NCBI GenBank assembly: GCA_043228905.1
Contig: JBHGNT010000011.1
Location: 6,696,001 to 6,760,000, forward strand
Source of the DNA: Azolla caroliniana
Lineage: Eukaryota > Plantae > Polypodiophyta
DNA: 64,000 nt
Direction: 5' to 3'
Each line of letters starts with the position of its first letter. Within the stretch, counting starts at the first letter, position 1. Made by a program: the position numbers and the translations under genes. Positions 48,801 through 60,731 of this stretch are shown one piece after another. Under the pieces are notes generated by a model. That model ran no database searches and had not been told where the DNA came from. It saw nothing but the letters and a program-made list of their open reading frames with translations.

Positions 48801-51302
48801 TTTTGCTGTGGAGTGTATCTACATGTGAACTGTCTTCTTATTCCCTGATTGCATAGAAAATCAGAAAATTCATTGGAGAAATACTCTCCTCCTCCATCAG
48901 ATCTTAAACATTTTATTCTTGTACCTGCCTACTTTTCTACCATGCATTTAAACTTACGAAAACATTCAAACACTTCACTTTTCTCTTTCATGAAATACAC
49001 CCATGTTTTCCTTGAGCAATCATCAATAAAAGTTACATAAAATCTGCAGCCACCGATAGATGCATTTTTAGTTGGTCCCCATACATCCGTATGTACCAAA
49101 TCCAACAAATTTTTACTTACATGTCTTTCATGAGGGAATGGCAACCTATTTTGCTTTCCATATTGACATGCTTCACATATCTTTCCCATTTCACAATTTT
49201 TCAGTTTTGGCAGTCCAGCCACTGCATCTTTTCTCAACATATTCTTTAGGGTTTGCATACTTATGTGGCCAATCCTTTTATGCCACATTTCCACATCTGA
49301 GACTACACTCATTCCATTTGAAAATATAGCTGAAATCTGTCTAGGCATGTCAACATCCAAAATAAACATTCTTCCTTGTCGTTTTCCTTTTGCAATGAGC
49401 TTCCCATTCTTTTCTATATAGCATCCACTTTGCTTAAACTTTACTTGCATACCTTGCTCTACTATCTGTCCAACAGAAATCAGATTCTTAGCAAGATTTG
49501 GAACATGCATTACATTCAACATATACTTAGTCTTTCCTTTTTCTTCCCACAATGGGATATCTCCAACATGTTCTATTTGGTGAGTACTATTATCACCCGT
49601 CTGTACATAGCCAGGATCTGGTTCTCTCAACCTTTCAAACCAGTTTGCATGTCCAGTCATATGGTTAGATGCCCCCGAGTCTACATACCATGTAAACTCT
49701 TCATTACATTTTTGTGAGCTTTCAGCCACTGCTGCTATCTCATGTTGTACCACAAATGCACCATCTTTTTCACAATCTTCACTAGTTTGGCCATAGTTAT
49801 TCTGCTCTCTTTCCTCTTTGCTCATCATTTTGCTTCTTGTAACATTCAGCCTGTGTGTGGCCTGGTTTTCCACAATACCAACAACCATCATCATTTACAT
49901 ATGTTTGCTTACCTCTACCTTGGTTGCTCCCCCTGCCTCTGTTGTTGTTTCTTCCTCTAATGGTTTGTTGTCCTCTTCCTTGATAACCATTATTGTTGGT
50001 TCTTGCTGAGCCAAATCTTCCATGGCCTCTTCCTCGGCCTCTTCCGGCACTATTATATAGGGCTTGCCCCTCATTCTGAAGATTTCCTTTATTTACATCA
50101 TCCATCTGATTCCTTTCTTCTACTACAAGCATTGAAACCAAATCTGGAAAACTTGGGATAATATCCCTTGTAAGCATAGAGGTTTTAAAGCTTTTGTATT
50201 GAGGTCCCAAGCCTCTCAAGCATATTTCTACCTTATCATCATCTTCTATCTTTACATTGATAGAAGCAAGTGATTCACATATGCTCTTTATTTTCAAGGC
50301 ATACTCATTTATTGACATCTTACCTTTTTCTAAGGTATTTAGCTCAGTCTTCAACTGTAGCTTTCTAGCTTTTGTGTTTACTACAAACAGTTTTACCAAA
50401 TTGTCCCAAGCTTCTTTTGGGAGCATAGCATCCTGTATGTGCCCAAGCATCGAATCTAAGATGCTAAGTGAGAGCCAATGCATTACCTTCCTTGCTCCTT
50501 GATTCCAATCTTTGAATGCTTTAATCTGTGCCGTTGTGGCATTTTCTTTTGGGATCTCCGGAGCCTCTTCTAGGTCTCCTTCAATGTAATCCAAGTACCC
50601 TTTCCCCATCAGGAAGTTTGTCATTCTAAATTTCCACGCCGGGAAATTGTTTTTATCTAGTTTCTCTGTAACTATTTGGCCCGCATTCTCTGCATCCATT
50701 ATCTCTTCCAAACTAGGTTTTCTGTTACAATTACTTCAACAAGTAACTTTCTGATTCAGATCAGCAACCAGAGAAATACCTTTCTCAGTTCTATGCACTT
50801 CTGTACTCTTCTTTATGAGCAACTCTGCTCTGATACCATGTTAAGAAAACGTGAAGAAGGCACTCGGGCTCTTCTTATGTGCGCAGCGGATCGTGGTGTG
50901 CTAGATCGTTTAGTGCTCAAACACAGAAGGGAAGGGGGAAGGAGACTTACCTCTGTAGCAGCCAAAACTTCTTCTATTTCATTATACGCGGAGCTCTACT
51001 TGCTCTCATCTGTTTCTCTCTTTTGCTCTCACTCTTTGAGTTCTTTCTTTCTATCCTCACTCTCTCTCTCAGAGTTCTACTTCCTATATCTCTTACTTAC
51101 CTACTCTCTTACTTTTTACATAAGTAATAAGTTACTTACGTACGCAGCTAATTAGCTGTCAGTCGCTAAATAGCTGTCAGTAGCTAATTAGCTGTCAGTA
51201 GCTAATTAGCTGTTTCTCCTTTATGTTCACAAGTAGCTAAATAGCTACTATAGCGTATTTCCTAATAAGCATCACATACCATGTTGAGCTTGCTTCTCAA
51301 CA
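45864..51302 (-). mobile_element. Element F: full-length Ty1/copia inserted in the gag of E
   Basis: LTRs 45864-46345 and 50839-51302 (differing by one 18-bp GTAGCTAATTAGCTGTCA unit), TSD CTGTC, perfect Met-i PBS TGGTATCAGAGC at 50827-50838. Confidence 0.96.
46358..50711 (-). pseudogene. Copia gag-pol of F with few disruptions
   Basis: CWYCGKPGHTQAEC knuckle, [41 protein letters not shown]. Confidence 0.93.
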
Positions 51303-54300
51303 CTGTCCAGCGCCGAAAGTCGTGCGAAGCGTTCCTCAAACTCCTAGAGGAGCACCGACACATTCCTCCCCTTTCCCTGGAGTCTCTACCCAATCCATAA
51401 AATCCCGCTTCGATAACCAAAGCGTGTCATCAAAGCCAGACCGCTCAAGGAGCTGCGCTTCAAATTCTCCCCAGGTTTGGCATCCAGCCTGCACCTCGAG
51501 CACCTCTACGCGAATGCCCGATATCGCTACCCGAGGGAACCCAGCCAGACGCGTTTCTTCCGGGATGTCCCTCATCACCGTCTCGGCCCGGTAGGCCACC
51601 AAATAACTTGTGGCATCCTTCCCATCAAACTGGCCTATTGTGCCGACGATTGCTTCGATGGCCTTGTCGAGGGCGCCCGTGCCCTCGTGAGCACTTACTA
51701 TCCGATCCACTGCTGCCACCATGACTTCGGTGAGCTCTGATTCCCTCATTTTTTATTCCTCTGCCGTCTTAATTCAAACATGTATCGATGTTTACGATTT
51801 CCCCGTTCCGTAAAGAATATAGTTTTGTAGTTAGGTGCAACATGTGTACTATAATGTGTGAAGCGCGAGCCTCCACATTTGTCCCATGTCATGATACATT
51901 GGCGTTGCAAAAAGGTCTCATTTACAGAGGAATCTAATGATGCATCATGAAGCAAGTGTCTCGTATCCCATCTACCAAACCATTTTTCTATATCTTGCAT
52001 CCAACCGGAACACAAAATTTTGCTTTTATGTGTCTTTTAGATCTTTTTGCTTGCTTCCCACGCAATTCTAGGAAGTCGATATGAGGGACTTTTTTGAAAC
52101 TTAAGCATGTATTCAACAACCCTTTCCATGGCCATGATCTCAATGGGAATCGATCCCGTCTCGTGGAGGAGGAGGGTGTAGGGCGTTTGTTTCTTAACTT
52201 GTAGAAACTTGGTAAGAAAATGTTTTTGGACATTTTCAAACTCTTTCCACATAGATTTAGGGATGCTACCGCCCCATACTTCCACCCCATAGAGAAGAAC
52301 CGGTGTCACCAAAGTGTTGAAAAGATATTTCTTGAGGACCCAACACTTAATATCTCCAAGATTGCATGTGTTCTCAAATGCATAGTATGCTCGCTTAACC
52401 ACCTCTAAGCGGCGTGTAGCACAATCATTCCATCTATGATTTGAAGGAACTTCAAGGCCAAGATATTTGAAGCTTTCCACACATTCAAGTGACTCATTGT
52501 TATACATAATGCATGGTTTATCTCTTTTTTTTCTCTTCACAAGCATAATCTTTGTTTTAGAGCTATTGACACTTAATTTAGTATGCATGCAAAACATTTC
52601 CAATACCAAGCTTTTGTGCATCTCCTAAAGTATTTGCAAAAAGCGCTACATCATTTGCATATAGCAAAAGCATAATCACAACATTCCCAATGGCAACTTC
52701 TTCAACACATTCTTCCTTTGCAAACTTGGTAACCATTTCTTCCAATTCATCAATGCATAGACCAAATAGTGTTGGTGAGAGTGGGCATCCTTGCTTAACA
52801 CCAATAGTGCTTTTGAAAAAATCTAAAAGTTTATCTCTCATGCGCACACAACATATAACCTTCTCATAAATTCGAGAAATTACAAGCATATATTCACTTG
52901 GCACCTCAAGTTCTTCCATTCGCCTCCAAAGATGCTCACGAGGTACCATATCAAAAGCTTTCTTGAAGTCTACAAAGCAACAATATAAACCTTTACCTCT
53001 AAGGCGACTTTCCTCTATTAATACTCGAAAGGTGATAAGGTGATCAATGGTGCTATGGTGTTTCTGAAAGCCAGCTTGTCCATAAGCTCTCTTACCACTT
53101 TTTTCAGCCCATACACTTATCTTTGATTCCATTATACATCCAAATAGTTTTGCCATTAATGAGCCAACCATGATGGTTCGATAGTTGTTTACATTATTTA
53201 TATCTCCACCTTTATGTAAAGTTTTGATCCAATTTGTAGTCCAATCGTACAGTATACCATGTTGTAATGCATCATTAAACATATCGCTTATCCATATATG
53301 TGCTTCCTTTCCTGTCCATTTGAGCATTTCAGCCTTTATACATTGAAGATCGCTTGCCTTTCGAGAGGCCAATTTCTTAAATCCTATGCATATATCTTCA
53401 ATTGTAAAGAAGGGAGGCATATGTGAAAGAGAACCATAACACATCATCTTTCCGGCAAGAGATAACTCATATAAATTCTTACAATGCATAGACAAGTCGT
53501 GAAGAGTTAAGTCACCATAACTCTCAACACATTTCCCCTTTAGATTTCCCCAAAATTTAGCACATGCATGTGCTTTCTCTTGCGTTTGGACAAATTGTTG
53601 AGTAACTTCCCATATTCTTCTCTTTCTTTAAATAAGCCTTTTATACTCATGCAAATGCTTTTGGTAATTCTCTTTATCCTTAACTACATCCAAAACCATA
53701 AGGCACTTTCGAGCTTCACGACATTCTTTATCAAACCATTTTTTCCTAAGTTTCTTGGTGCATTTCCAAGATGTGCGGTTGGTCGAAAAACATTTTTTGT
53801 ACAGGAGAGAATGACTTTCTTGAAAGCTTCCCATTTGCATTCTAGTGTGGCACCATGTTGTATCTTTTTCATTTGTAACATATTGTCATGATAACAGTCA
53901 CATCATGCATCGAAAGGATCATGACACTCACATTATGACTCGAAAGGATTTGAACCCACGACCTTGTTGTACACATGTCAAATCCTTAACCATTGTATTA
54001 ATATTCTTATATGTATAGTCTCTAGAATATGAAATCTAATATCATAGGAATATTCTATATTACTCTACATTCTAGAATGACCTAGAATATTCTAGAGTGT
54101 TCTATACCACTAGAACCTTCTAGAATACTCTAGAGATCTTCTAGATTACTCTACATTCTAGGATAACCTAGAATATTCTAGAGAGTTCTCTATTACTTAT
54201 AAATAGGGATCTACCACCCATCCCAAACCTAAATTGGTTCAACGCCATTTTGTAGCCTACTCTTTGTAATCCATTTTACGCTTCAATATAATAATTCTCT

Positions 54301-54442
54301 TTCAATTATCTCTCTATCTCTTTTTCTCTCTCTTTCTCTCTCTCAGTCTTGACAGTTTGAACCAATTTTTTTCCTTTCATCTCTTCGTCTTCCACAAACC
54401 CTAACAAGTTCTCTTCTTCCTTCTCCTCTCCCCTCATAAGCT

Positions 54443-55567
54443 ATGGAGTCCGTGAGCAAACAAGAATACATGCGTGTTCTTTCTGAGCTCGACATGCTCA
54501 CGAATAAATTTGTGGCATTAGAGCACGAGAATCAGAGGCTACTTGGAGATCTACAACACGTGAGCGCCGAAAAAGCTCAACAATATGAAGAGTTATCACA
54601 GCGGGTTCATCAACTTGAGGCGACTATATTGTCATTACGAGAGCAAGCGTCCGGGGCTCAGAACTCCCCTAGAGAGCCAAAGATCAGCCTCCCTGCCAAG
54701 TTTGATGGTACGAGGTCTTTATTTTGAGGCTTTTTGAATCAAGTTCGTTTAGTTATTCAGCTACATCCCAATCGGTATCCAACTGATGCTGCTCGTGTGG
54801 GATTAGTGGGAACTTTGCTATGCGGTACGGCGTTAGCATGGTTCGCACCACTTCTCGAGAAGAAATCACCATTGCTGGAGGATTTCGAGGCCTTTGTTAA
54901 AGAGTTTCAAGCTAGTTTCGGAGACACCGACAGCACTAGGACAGCGATAAACAAGATTCGAAGGCTCCGACAAGGAGATCGTCCCGCGTCGTCTTATGCA
55001 GCCGATTTCCGTCTCTTGGCATGCGATATCCCTTGGGATGAGGCAGCTTTAATGGATCAATTCCGTCAAGGTTTGAGAAATGATGTCAAAGATCTTCTTC
55101 TTACTTTCCCTGAAGATCCGAAGTCACTTACAGAAGCCATTAGTCGAGCTGTGCGATGTGATAATCGCCTATTTGAGCAACGTTCTGAGCGCCAACAAAC
55201 GTTACGCTGCCAACCTGAACAGACTTACGCTTCCGTAGTCGCAACGCCTCCACAAGTTTCTAGACCCATTACAAGGGATGGCCCAACTTCGATGGAAATA
55301 GAGTCAACACAACGTCGTGGGCCGTTATCAGATGCTGAGAAGCAACGACGTCGAGCGCATCGCCTCTGCCTGTATTGTGGTGGTCCAGGACATATAGCTG
55401 TAAATTGTCCACATAAACCTAGGCGTCAAGTATACCAAGTAAGTGCCCATGAAAACCCTACCTCGAGTTCTATTGTTACTTCTAATAACATAAATAAGCC
55501 TCATAGTCCATGTCATGAGAACAGATTCGATGTCTTGAGTCAATTAGAGGATGTGTTAAACGAGTAA
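54443..55567 (+). pseudogene. gag of D (coiled coil, capsid, CCHC knuckle) with one in-frame TGA at 54725
   Basis: PAKFDG...F*GFLNQ, LRQG, CLYCGGPGHIAVNC. ORFs 54443 and 54734 are in the same frame. Confidence 0.9.
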
Positions 55568-55606
55568 GTCCGGCCAAAATAGGAGCCATTTGGCTGGACC
55601 ATCCTA
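55555..55606 (+). promoter_or_regulatory. Predicted -1 ribosomal frameshift signal (G TTA AAC plus H-type pseudoknot)
   Basis: pol is in the -1 frame and open from the slip site. Stem 55568-55578/55589-55599; second stem TAGGA/TCCTA. Confidence 0.75.
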
Positions 55607-58600
55607 GCTATGTAGAGTTAGTTCCTAGTCGTGGTTCCATTTCATCAAATGAAGTGAGTCGAGTTTTTTCAGCACAAGTCGAGCTTACCACATCTACATG
55701 TCATCGAGTCCTAGCCTCTGCCCTTCTAGATTCTGGAGCCAACTCTTGTTTCATGGATCGTGAATTTGCCTTGTCACAAAACATCCTCTTGAATAAGCTT
55801 CCCAACCCAGTAGCCGTAGGAGTCATCGATGGACGTCCCATAGCATCAGGAGATATAGTCGAGGAGTCCGAGCCAATTAGGATAGTTCTTGGCAATTTGG
55901 CAAGCATAATCTCTTTCAATATTATTCGTAGTCCGGACCACCCAATAGTTCTAGGTCTCCCCTGGTTTGAACTCCATAACCCGAAGATTGATTGGATGAA
56001 AAGAACAATTGAGGAGACTCGGGAAAAAAGCACAAATCCCGCATCCCTCTCTCCTACATGTGCTAATAGATCCCCGGAGTTATCGCCCATCTCTTTACGA
56101 CAGTTGCGGGAGGAAGGGGGGAACGAGGCCATGTTCGTCTTCGCGATAGTAGCAACTCCATCATCCACTTCACGTGACGCGGATATTAAACTACCAGAGA
56201 AATACAAGGAGTTTTCAGATGTCTTTGATAAGGTGAAGGCCAATACATTGCCGGAGCATCGGCCATACGACTGCCCTATTGACTTACAACCAGGGAAAGA
56301 ACCTCCATGGGGCCCAATTTATAATCTCTCCCCTGTAGAGCTAGAGACTTTGCGGGAATATATTGATGAGAATCTGGCAAACGGATTCATTCGGCATTCT
56401 AGATCCCCTGCTGGTGCACCTATCTTCTTCGTTAAGAAGAAGAATGGGACTCTTCGGTTGGTCGTGGATTATCGAGGGCTAAACAAAGTGACTATCCGAA
56501 ATAGACATGCTCTACCATTAATCCCGAATCTTTTGGAACGTCTCAGTGGTGCAAAATATTTCACGAAGTCGGACCTTCGCGGAGCATATAATCTAGTTCG
56601 GATTCGCCCGGGGGATGAATGGAAGACAGCTTTCCGCACTCGCTGTGGACATTTTGAGTATACAGTGATGCCATTTGGTCTCACGAATGCACCTGCTGTT
56701 TTCCAACATATGGCGAACGATATTTTTCGAGATTTTCTTGATATCTTCACTATAGTTTACCTAGATGATATTTTAATCTACTCAAAGACCCAAGAGGAGC
56801 ATGATGCACATGTTCGTCAAGTACTGTGCCGACTCCGAGAATATGGTCTCTACGCAAAATTAGAAAAGTGTAGTTTCGGCCAGAATCAAGTGGAATTTTT
56901 GGGGTATGTTGTATCGTCAAATGGTATTGCTATGGACCCCATGAAGGTACAGGCAATTTTAGAGTGGCAAACGCCCCTTTCAATGCGTGATGTGCAATGT
57001 TTTCTCGGGTTTGCAAATTTTTATCGAAAATTTATTAAAGATTATTCCAAGGTTGTGCTTCTGCTTACTCAGCTCACACATAAAGATCAACCATTTATAT
57101 GGAGTTCAGATGCATCCGAGGCATTCGAAAGCTTAAAACGAGCATTTACAACGGCACCTATCTTAGCACATGTCGACCCAACAAAACGCTTCATCCTCGA
57201 AGCCGATGCATCCGATTTTGCACTAGGGAGTGTCCTCTCGCAGACTAGAGATGATGGACAACTACACCCTGTCGCCTTTCATTCACGAAAGTTTGAAGCT
57301 GCAGAGATCAACTACGAGATCCATGACAAAGAGCTTCTTGCAATCGTGGATTCGTTTCAACAATGGCGACATTTCCTAGAAGGTTCTTCTCAACAGATCA
57401 TTGTCTACAATGATCATAAGAACCTGACTTATTTCCAAAATGCTCGAGTCTTGAGTCAGCGACAAGCCCGGTGGGCGCAATTTTTGACTCACTTCGACTT
57501 TATCATCATATATCGCCCTGGGATGCAGCAAGGCAAAGCAGATGCTCTTTCTCGGCGCTCTTATATGGAACTTCGTCCAGGGGAACCTGCTTTTGAGCAT
57601 CAAAAACAAATCCTTTTGGGTCCTAATCGATTACGATTAATGGTAGTTAACGCCATAACAGCTCTTGAAAATTCCACTCTTCTTGATTCCATTCGCCAAG
57701 GATGTTTTGGATCATATCGTCCCGGATCGTGCTTCTTGCTCACAGTCGAAAAATCCTCGTAATGACTATTGTCAGTTCTATTGGCATGATGGTTTTCTAT
57801 TTCGACAAAATTTATTGTATGTTCCTGATGGTCCCCCACGGCTACAAGTTTTGCAACATTGCCATGACTCACCAATGGCTGGTCATTTTGGAGTTCACAA
57901 GACTCTAGAATTAATTTCTCGACGCTATTGGTGGCCTCGCCTTCGTCATTTTGTTGAGGAGTATGTTTGGAGTTGTGATATATGTTGTCGATCAAAGAAT
58001 CCTCGTCACCGACCCTATGACTTACTACAACCACTTCCCATTCCGGAAACACCTTGGAAGTCTATATCCTTGGACTTCATTACTGATCTCCCAGTTTCAA
58101 AAGGTTTTGATGCAATTCTCACAGTTGTTGATCGATTTACCAAAATGGCACATTTCTTGCCATGTACAAAGTCGATTACTAGTCAAGAGACGGCTGATCT
58201 CGTTATGCGGGAGGTATTTAAGCATCATGGTCTGCCAGATGATATTATTAGTGATCGTGGTCCACAATTCATCTCAAAGTTTTGGAAGCACCTGTTCAAA
58301 CTTCTCCACATTTCAATTAAGCTTTCTTCGGGCTATCATCCTGAAACAAATGGCCAAACAGAGCGTACCAACCAGACATTGGAACAATATCTTCGTTGTT
58401 TCATCAACTATCAACAAGATGATTGGGTTGCATTTTTGCACTTGGCGGAATTCGCTTACAACAACTCAGCCCATTCTTCTACAGGATATTCCCCATTTTT
58501 CGCAAATACGGGCTGTCATCCTCGATGGACGATGAATGCGCATCCAGAAGTTCCTACCAACCCTGCTGCCGAGGATCGTCTTAGTCGCCTCCAAGAAATT

Positions 58601-59179
58601 CAAGCTAACATTCTCCACAATTTGCATGATGCTCAATTTACACACAAGAGGCTTGCCGATCGTCATCGTCTAGACTCCTCAAAAAAGTTCCACATTGGGG
58701 ATCATGTATGGCTTCTCCAACACAACATCAAGACCACTCGACCTTGCAGTAAATTGGATTACCAACGTTTTGGCCCTTACATGATCACTGGTAAGATAAG
58801 TGATGTTGCATTTCGTCTTGACCTCCCTCCGCACATGCATCTTCATCCGGTGTTTCATGTATCCCTTTTGGAACCTTATACTACAAGTTCAATTCCGGGC
58901 CGTCTTACAACACCCCCACCACCTGTCGAGTTCTTGGACGGGCCTGAATTTGAAGTTGCTGCCGTTCTCGATTCTAAAATCGTGCGCAACAAGTTGTATT
59001 ACTTGGTCGATTGGCTAGGCTATACCCCCAATGATCGAACTTGGGAACCTGCCACAAATCTTTCCAATGTTGCAGAACTCGTCAATGCATTTCATCGCCA
59101 ATATCCTTGTAAACCAGGTCCTAATACAAACCCTACGACCCGTGAGACGTGTCGTCGAAGAAGGGGGATAGTGTCATGA
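55555..59179 (+). pseudogene. pol of D (protease LDSGA, RT YLDD, RNase H, integrase, chromodomain); one frameshift near 57690
   Basis: ORFs 55654-57762 and 57665-59179; chromodomain EFEVAAVLDSK...YLVDWLGY...TWEP. Confidence 0.92.
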
Positions 59180-60731
59180 TAACAGTCACATCATGCATCG
59201 AAAGGATCATGACACTCACATTATGACTCGAAAGGATTTGAACCCACGACCTTGTTGTACACATGTCAAATCCTTAACCATTGTATTAATATTCTTATAT
59301 GTATAGTCTCTAGAATATGAAATCTAATATCATAGGAATATTCTATATTACTCTACATTCTAGAATGACCTAGAATATTCTAGAGTGTTCTATACCACTA
59401 GAACCTTCTAGAATACTCTAGAGATCTTCTAGATTACTCTACATTCTAGGATAACCTAGAATATTCTAGAGAGTTCTCTATTACTTATAAATAGGGATCT
59501 ACCACCCATCCCAAACCTAAATTGGTTCAACGCCATTTTGTAGCCTACTCTTTGTAATCCATTTTACGCTTCAATATAATAATTCTCTTTCAATTATCTC
59601 TCTATCTCTTTTTCTCTCTCTTTCTCTCTCTCAGTCTTGACACATATCCTCAACCATCTTGGAATACATGGGTGCTCGCTTAAGGTTCATGCTCAAGTGC
59701 GGTTGTTTATTATCTTTAATAGCCTTCTCACAATCAAACCTATGCATACATTTGAGATCAATACATAACGGCCTATGATCGGATTCCGGTGTCCATTTAC
59801 CAAGTGAGAATTTATGTATACGATCCAAAATACCTTCAGAAAGTATCACATAGTCAATCACACCATTTCCGTTGTGTTTTCTACATGTAAAACCATTCGT
59901 GTTGGGCCATAAGGAAATACCATTTGCAATAAGCAATCCGGTACTATTGCACATATGTAGGAGTAACTTCCCAAATTGGTCCGGATCTTTTTCATCGCTA
60001 GAAGAGCGGCTATACATTTGCATATCCTTTTGCATCCTTGAGATATGTGGCATGAAAGATTCTTGTGAATCAAGTTGGAAACTTCTTGTACGAGCATTCA
60101 TGTCACAAAAGACAATAACTTCCCCTTTGGATTTGAAATAAGCAATATCATCTTCTAGATTGGCAAATGGTTGATCTTTATCCAAACAAGCATAAAAGTT
60201 AGAATCTTCTAGAGAGAGAGGGAAAGAGAGAGACTCGTAGAAACACAGAGAGACAAAAATGAAAGATTCGAATCCAATAACAATGTAGATTACAACTTGC
60301 AAAGTTACAACAGGCAAGCCAGTGATAAACTAGACACAAACGAACGCACGCCCTGAAATACGTGGTGGAGCCTCTACCGGAAGCACGCAGCAGAAGCAGC
60401 CAACCTAACCCAAATCCCTACAGAAGCGATAACGGTGGTGGAGGAGAGAGCTCGGCTCCTAGTACAACACTTCGTCCTCTCAGAATGCGATGCCTACTCA
60501 AGTCCCTTCCCTCTCCCTTTATAGCTCCAGGAGAGAGACGTTTACAGACCGTTAAATTCCTGTTATTCTCCCCGATGCCCTACTTAAAGAACTAGTGCTA
60601 CCTAGGATAGTTACATCTCCGGCCTATACTTAACTATGTCTATAAATCTATCAAAACATGTGCCCGTGTGTAAGGGCCTGTTCACGCATATCATCCACTG
60701 ATTCCTCCTAGGGACGATTTCCTCCACGACA

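Larger units (their letters stand above)
53884..59642 (+). mobile_element. Element D: full-length, very young Tcn1-like chromovirus
   Basis: 471-bp LTRs at 53884-54354 and 59172-59642 with no differences found by eye, TSD CATAT, PPT AAGAAGGGGGATAG. Confidence 0.97.
51750..60209 (-). mobile_element. Non-LTR retrotransposon (LINE) ORF2 fragment, interrupted by D
   Basis: APE endonuclease C-terminal motifs (DMNART, IDY, SDH) at ~60200-59643. RT at 53495-52037 (QAGF, FVDFKKAFD, GVKQGCPLSPTLF, YAND, FKYLG). Both ends appear truncated. Confidence 0.88.
39730..60731 (-). mobile_element. Element E: A-related Ty3/gypsy, hosting F, a LINE fragment and D; probably chimeric
   Basis: 3' LTR 39730-40709 with PPT, pol 44190-40760 (TYSNRWF, PQGGTNS), protease 44900-44185, gag 51749-51303 plus 45863-44955, partial 5' LTR ~60210-60731. 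No matching TSD. Confidence 0.8.

Noticed and set aside
59631-60317. 228-aa ORF as a standalone host nuclease gene
   Set aside because: It is a chance fusion of E LTR sequence to the LINE endonuclease fragment.
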